Positions 25,662 to 26,444 of a DNA stretch of 26,444 nt are shown piece by piece. Below the pieces are notes generated by a model, which had not been told where the DNA came from, searched no databases, and was given only the letters and a program-made list of their open reading frames with translations. A program made the translations under genes and the position numbers. This stretch comes from a virus (lineage: Duplodnaviria > Caudoviricetes). The stretch spans positions 1-26,444 of IMG/VR virus record IMGVR_UViG_3300020045_001018; one strand, 5' to 3'. Position 1 is the stretch's first letter, and each line of letters opens with the position of its first letter.

Positions 25662-25969
25662 TGATCGTGAACATGAATTACCTTCATCCGCCGTCCACTA
25701 GCGCTACCTAGGTTATCATCAAAGTAACCCACGTTGATTTGAAGACTTTTTGGGTGGCAGATATCAACACTTAAATCCCAGAGTACTATTCCCTTTTTAT
25801 TCAGACCGGCTGCATTCAGAATTTCTTGAATCAAACGTGCATTTACATCCTCTGGTTTAACCTCAGTCTTCAACTTGGGCTTATCCACAAATACACCATG
25901 TTCAATCCATTTGTCGTTCCCTTCAGCATCCACGATAACACTGAAAATTTTAACTTCGTTCTCTTTCAT
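25658..25969 (-). CDS. Hypothetical protein
   Basis: 103-aa ORF with AAGGAG RBS, in the operon. Confidence 0.65.
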   Translation of the reverse strand: MKENEVKIFSVIVDAEGNDKWIEHGVFVDKPKLKTEVKPEDVNARLIQEILNAAGLNKKGIVLWDLSVDICHPKSLQINVGYFDDNLGSASGRRMKVIHVHDQ

Positions 25970-26224
25970 TTAATCTCCTTTGATTAAGTATTTAATAACA
26001 GTATAAGTAGCTCGATAAACTCTAAGAATGATCATAGTTAAACACCAAAGAAATACACCAATACAACTTTGCACTGGGAACAAGTAAATACCAATTCCCA
26101 AAAGGACAACCGTAATTATTAAAGTAACTACTAGAAGACTAGTGTAAGCGTCTTGTACTTTATTTGGTGCGTAGTCACCTCTAATTGCTGAAAACCTACT
26201 AAAGATTTGTTGTTTACTAATCAT
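25970..26224 (-). CDS. Hypothetical membrane protein (two TM helices)
   Basis: LLVVTLIITVVLLGIGIYLF and CIGVFLWCLTMIIL hydrophobic segments, AAGGAA RBS. Confidence 0.7.
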   Translation of the reverse strand: MISKQQIFSRFSAIRGDYAPNKVQDAYTSLLVVTLIITVVLLGIGIYLFPVQSCIGVFLWCLTMIILRVYRATYTVIKYLIKGD

Positions 26225-26235
26225 TTCATTTTCCT

Positions 26236-26421
26236 TTATTCGTTAACTTCAGCGCAATCGGAGTATAACACGTAGTTTTTAGTATTGTACATTCCAGCAG
26301 TCCTTACCCACACTGACATATCTTTTGGTTCTTTCAGAACATATAGAACATTGAACACTTCGCCAATGCGGTCATGATACCACATTAGGCTGTCGCTGCA
26401 CTTCATAATTTTAATCTTCAT
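26236..26421 (-). CDS. Hypothetical small phage protein
   Basis: 61-aa ORF with AAGGAG RBS and WY..RIGEVF.V motif. Confidence 0.65.
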   Translation of the reverse strand: MKIKIMKCSDSLMWYHDRIGEVFNVLYVLKEPKDMSVWVRTAGMYNTKNYVLYSDCAEVNE

Positions 26422-26444
26422 TAATTCTCCTTTGGACGTAGAAA

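Noticed and set aside
1-26444. CRISPR array, tRNA, rRNA, integrase or IS element
   Set aside because: No regularly spaced repeats, cloverleaf motifs or recombinase/transposase ORFs were seen by eye, and intergenic space is minimal.

Overview
This window is a segment of a tailed dsDNA phage genome (long non-contractile tail, siphovirus-like; moderately AT-rich). The + strand (1-18699) carries late genes in this order: end of the tail tube gene, a tail assembly chaperone with an apparent +1 frameshift, an inserted GIY-YIG/HNH/AP2 homing-type endonuclease preceded by a structured leader, and a 2380-aa tape measure protein. A compact tail-tip/fibre module follows, then a lipoprotein, a papain-family protease, a lysis cassette (SAR endolysin, Rz with embedded Rz1) and an SGNH-hydrolase protein. 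The - strand (18918-26421) is a convergent nucleotide-metabolism block: thioredoxin, nrdB, nrdA, thyX, two MazG-like proteins, a DUF3310/SaV-like protein and hypotheticals. The most striking observation is that the SGNH gene looks like a GC-rich cassette fused in frame to a ~45-aa AT-rich N-terminal anchor. Both ends of the cassette carry related palindromic TAATC-N13/14-GATT sites, suggesting site-specific domain swapping. A similar C/A-to-G/T polarity switch marks the module junctions of the six-repeat tail fibre. All family calls come from motif recognition only, with no database searches.
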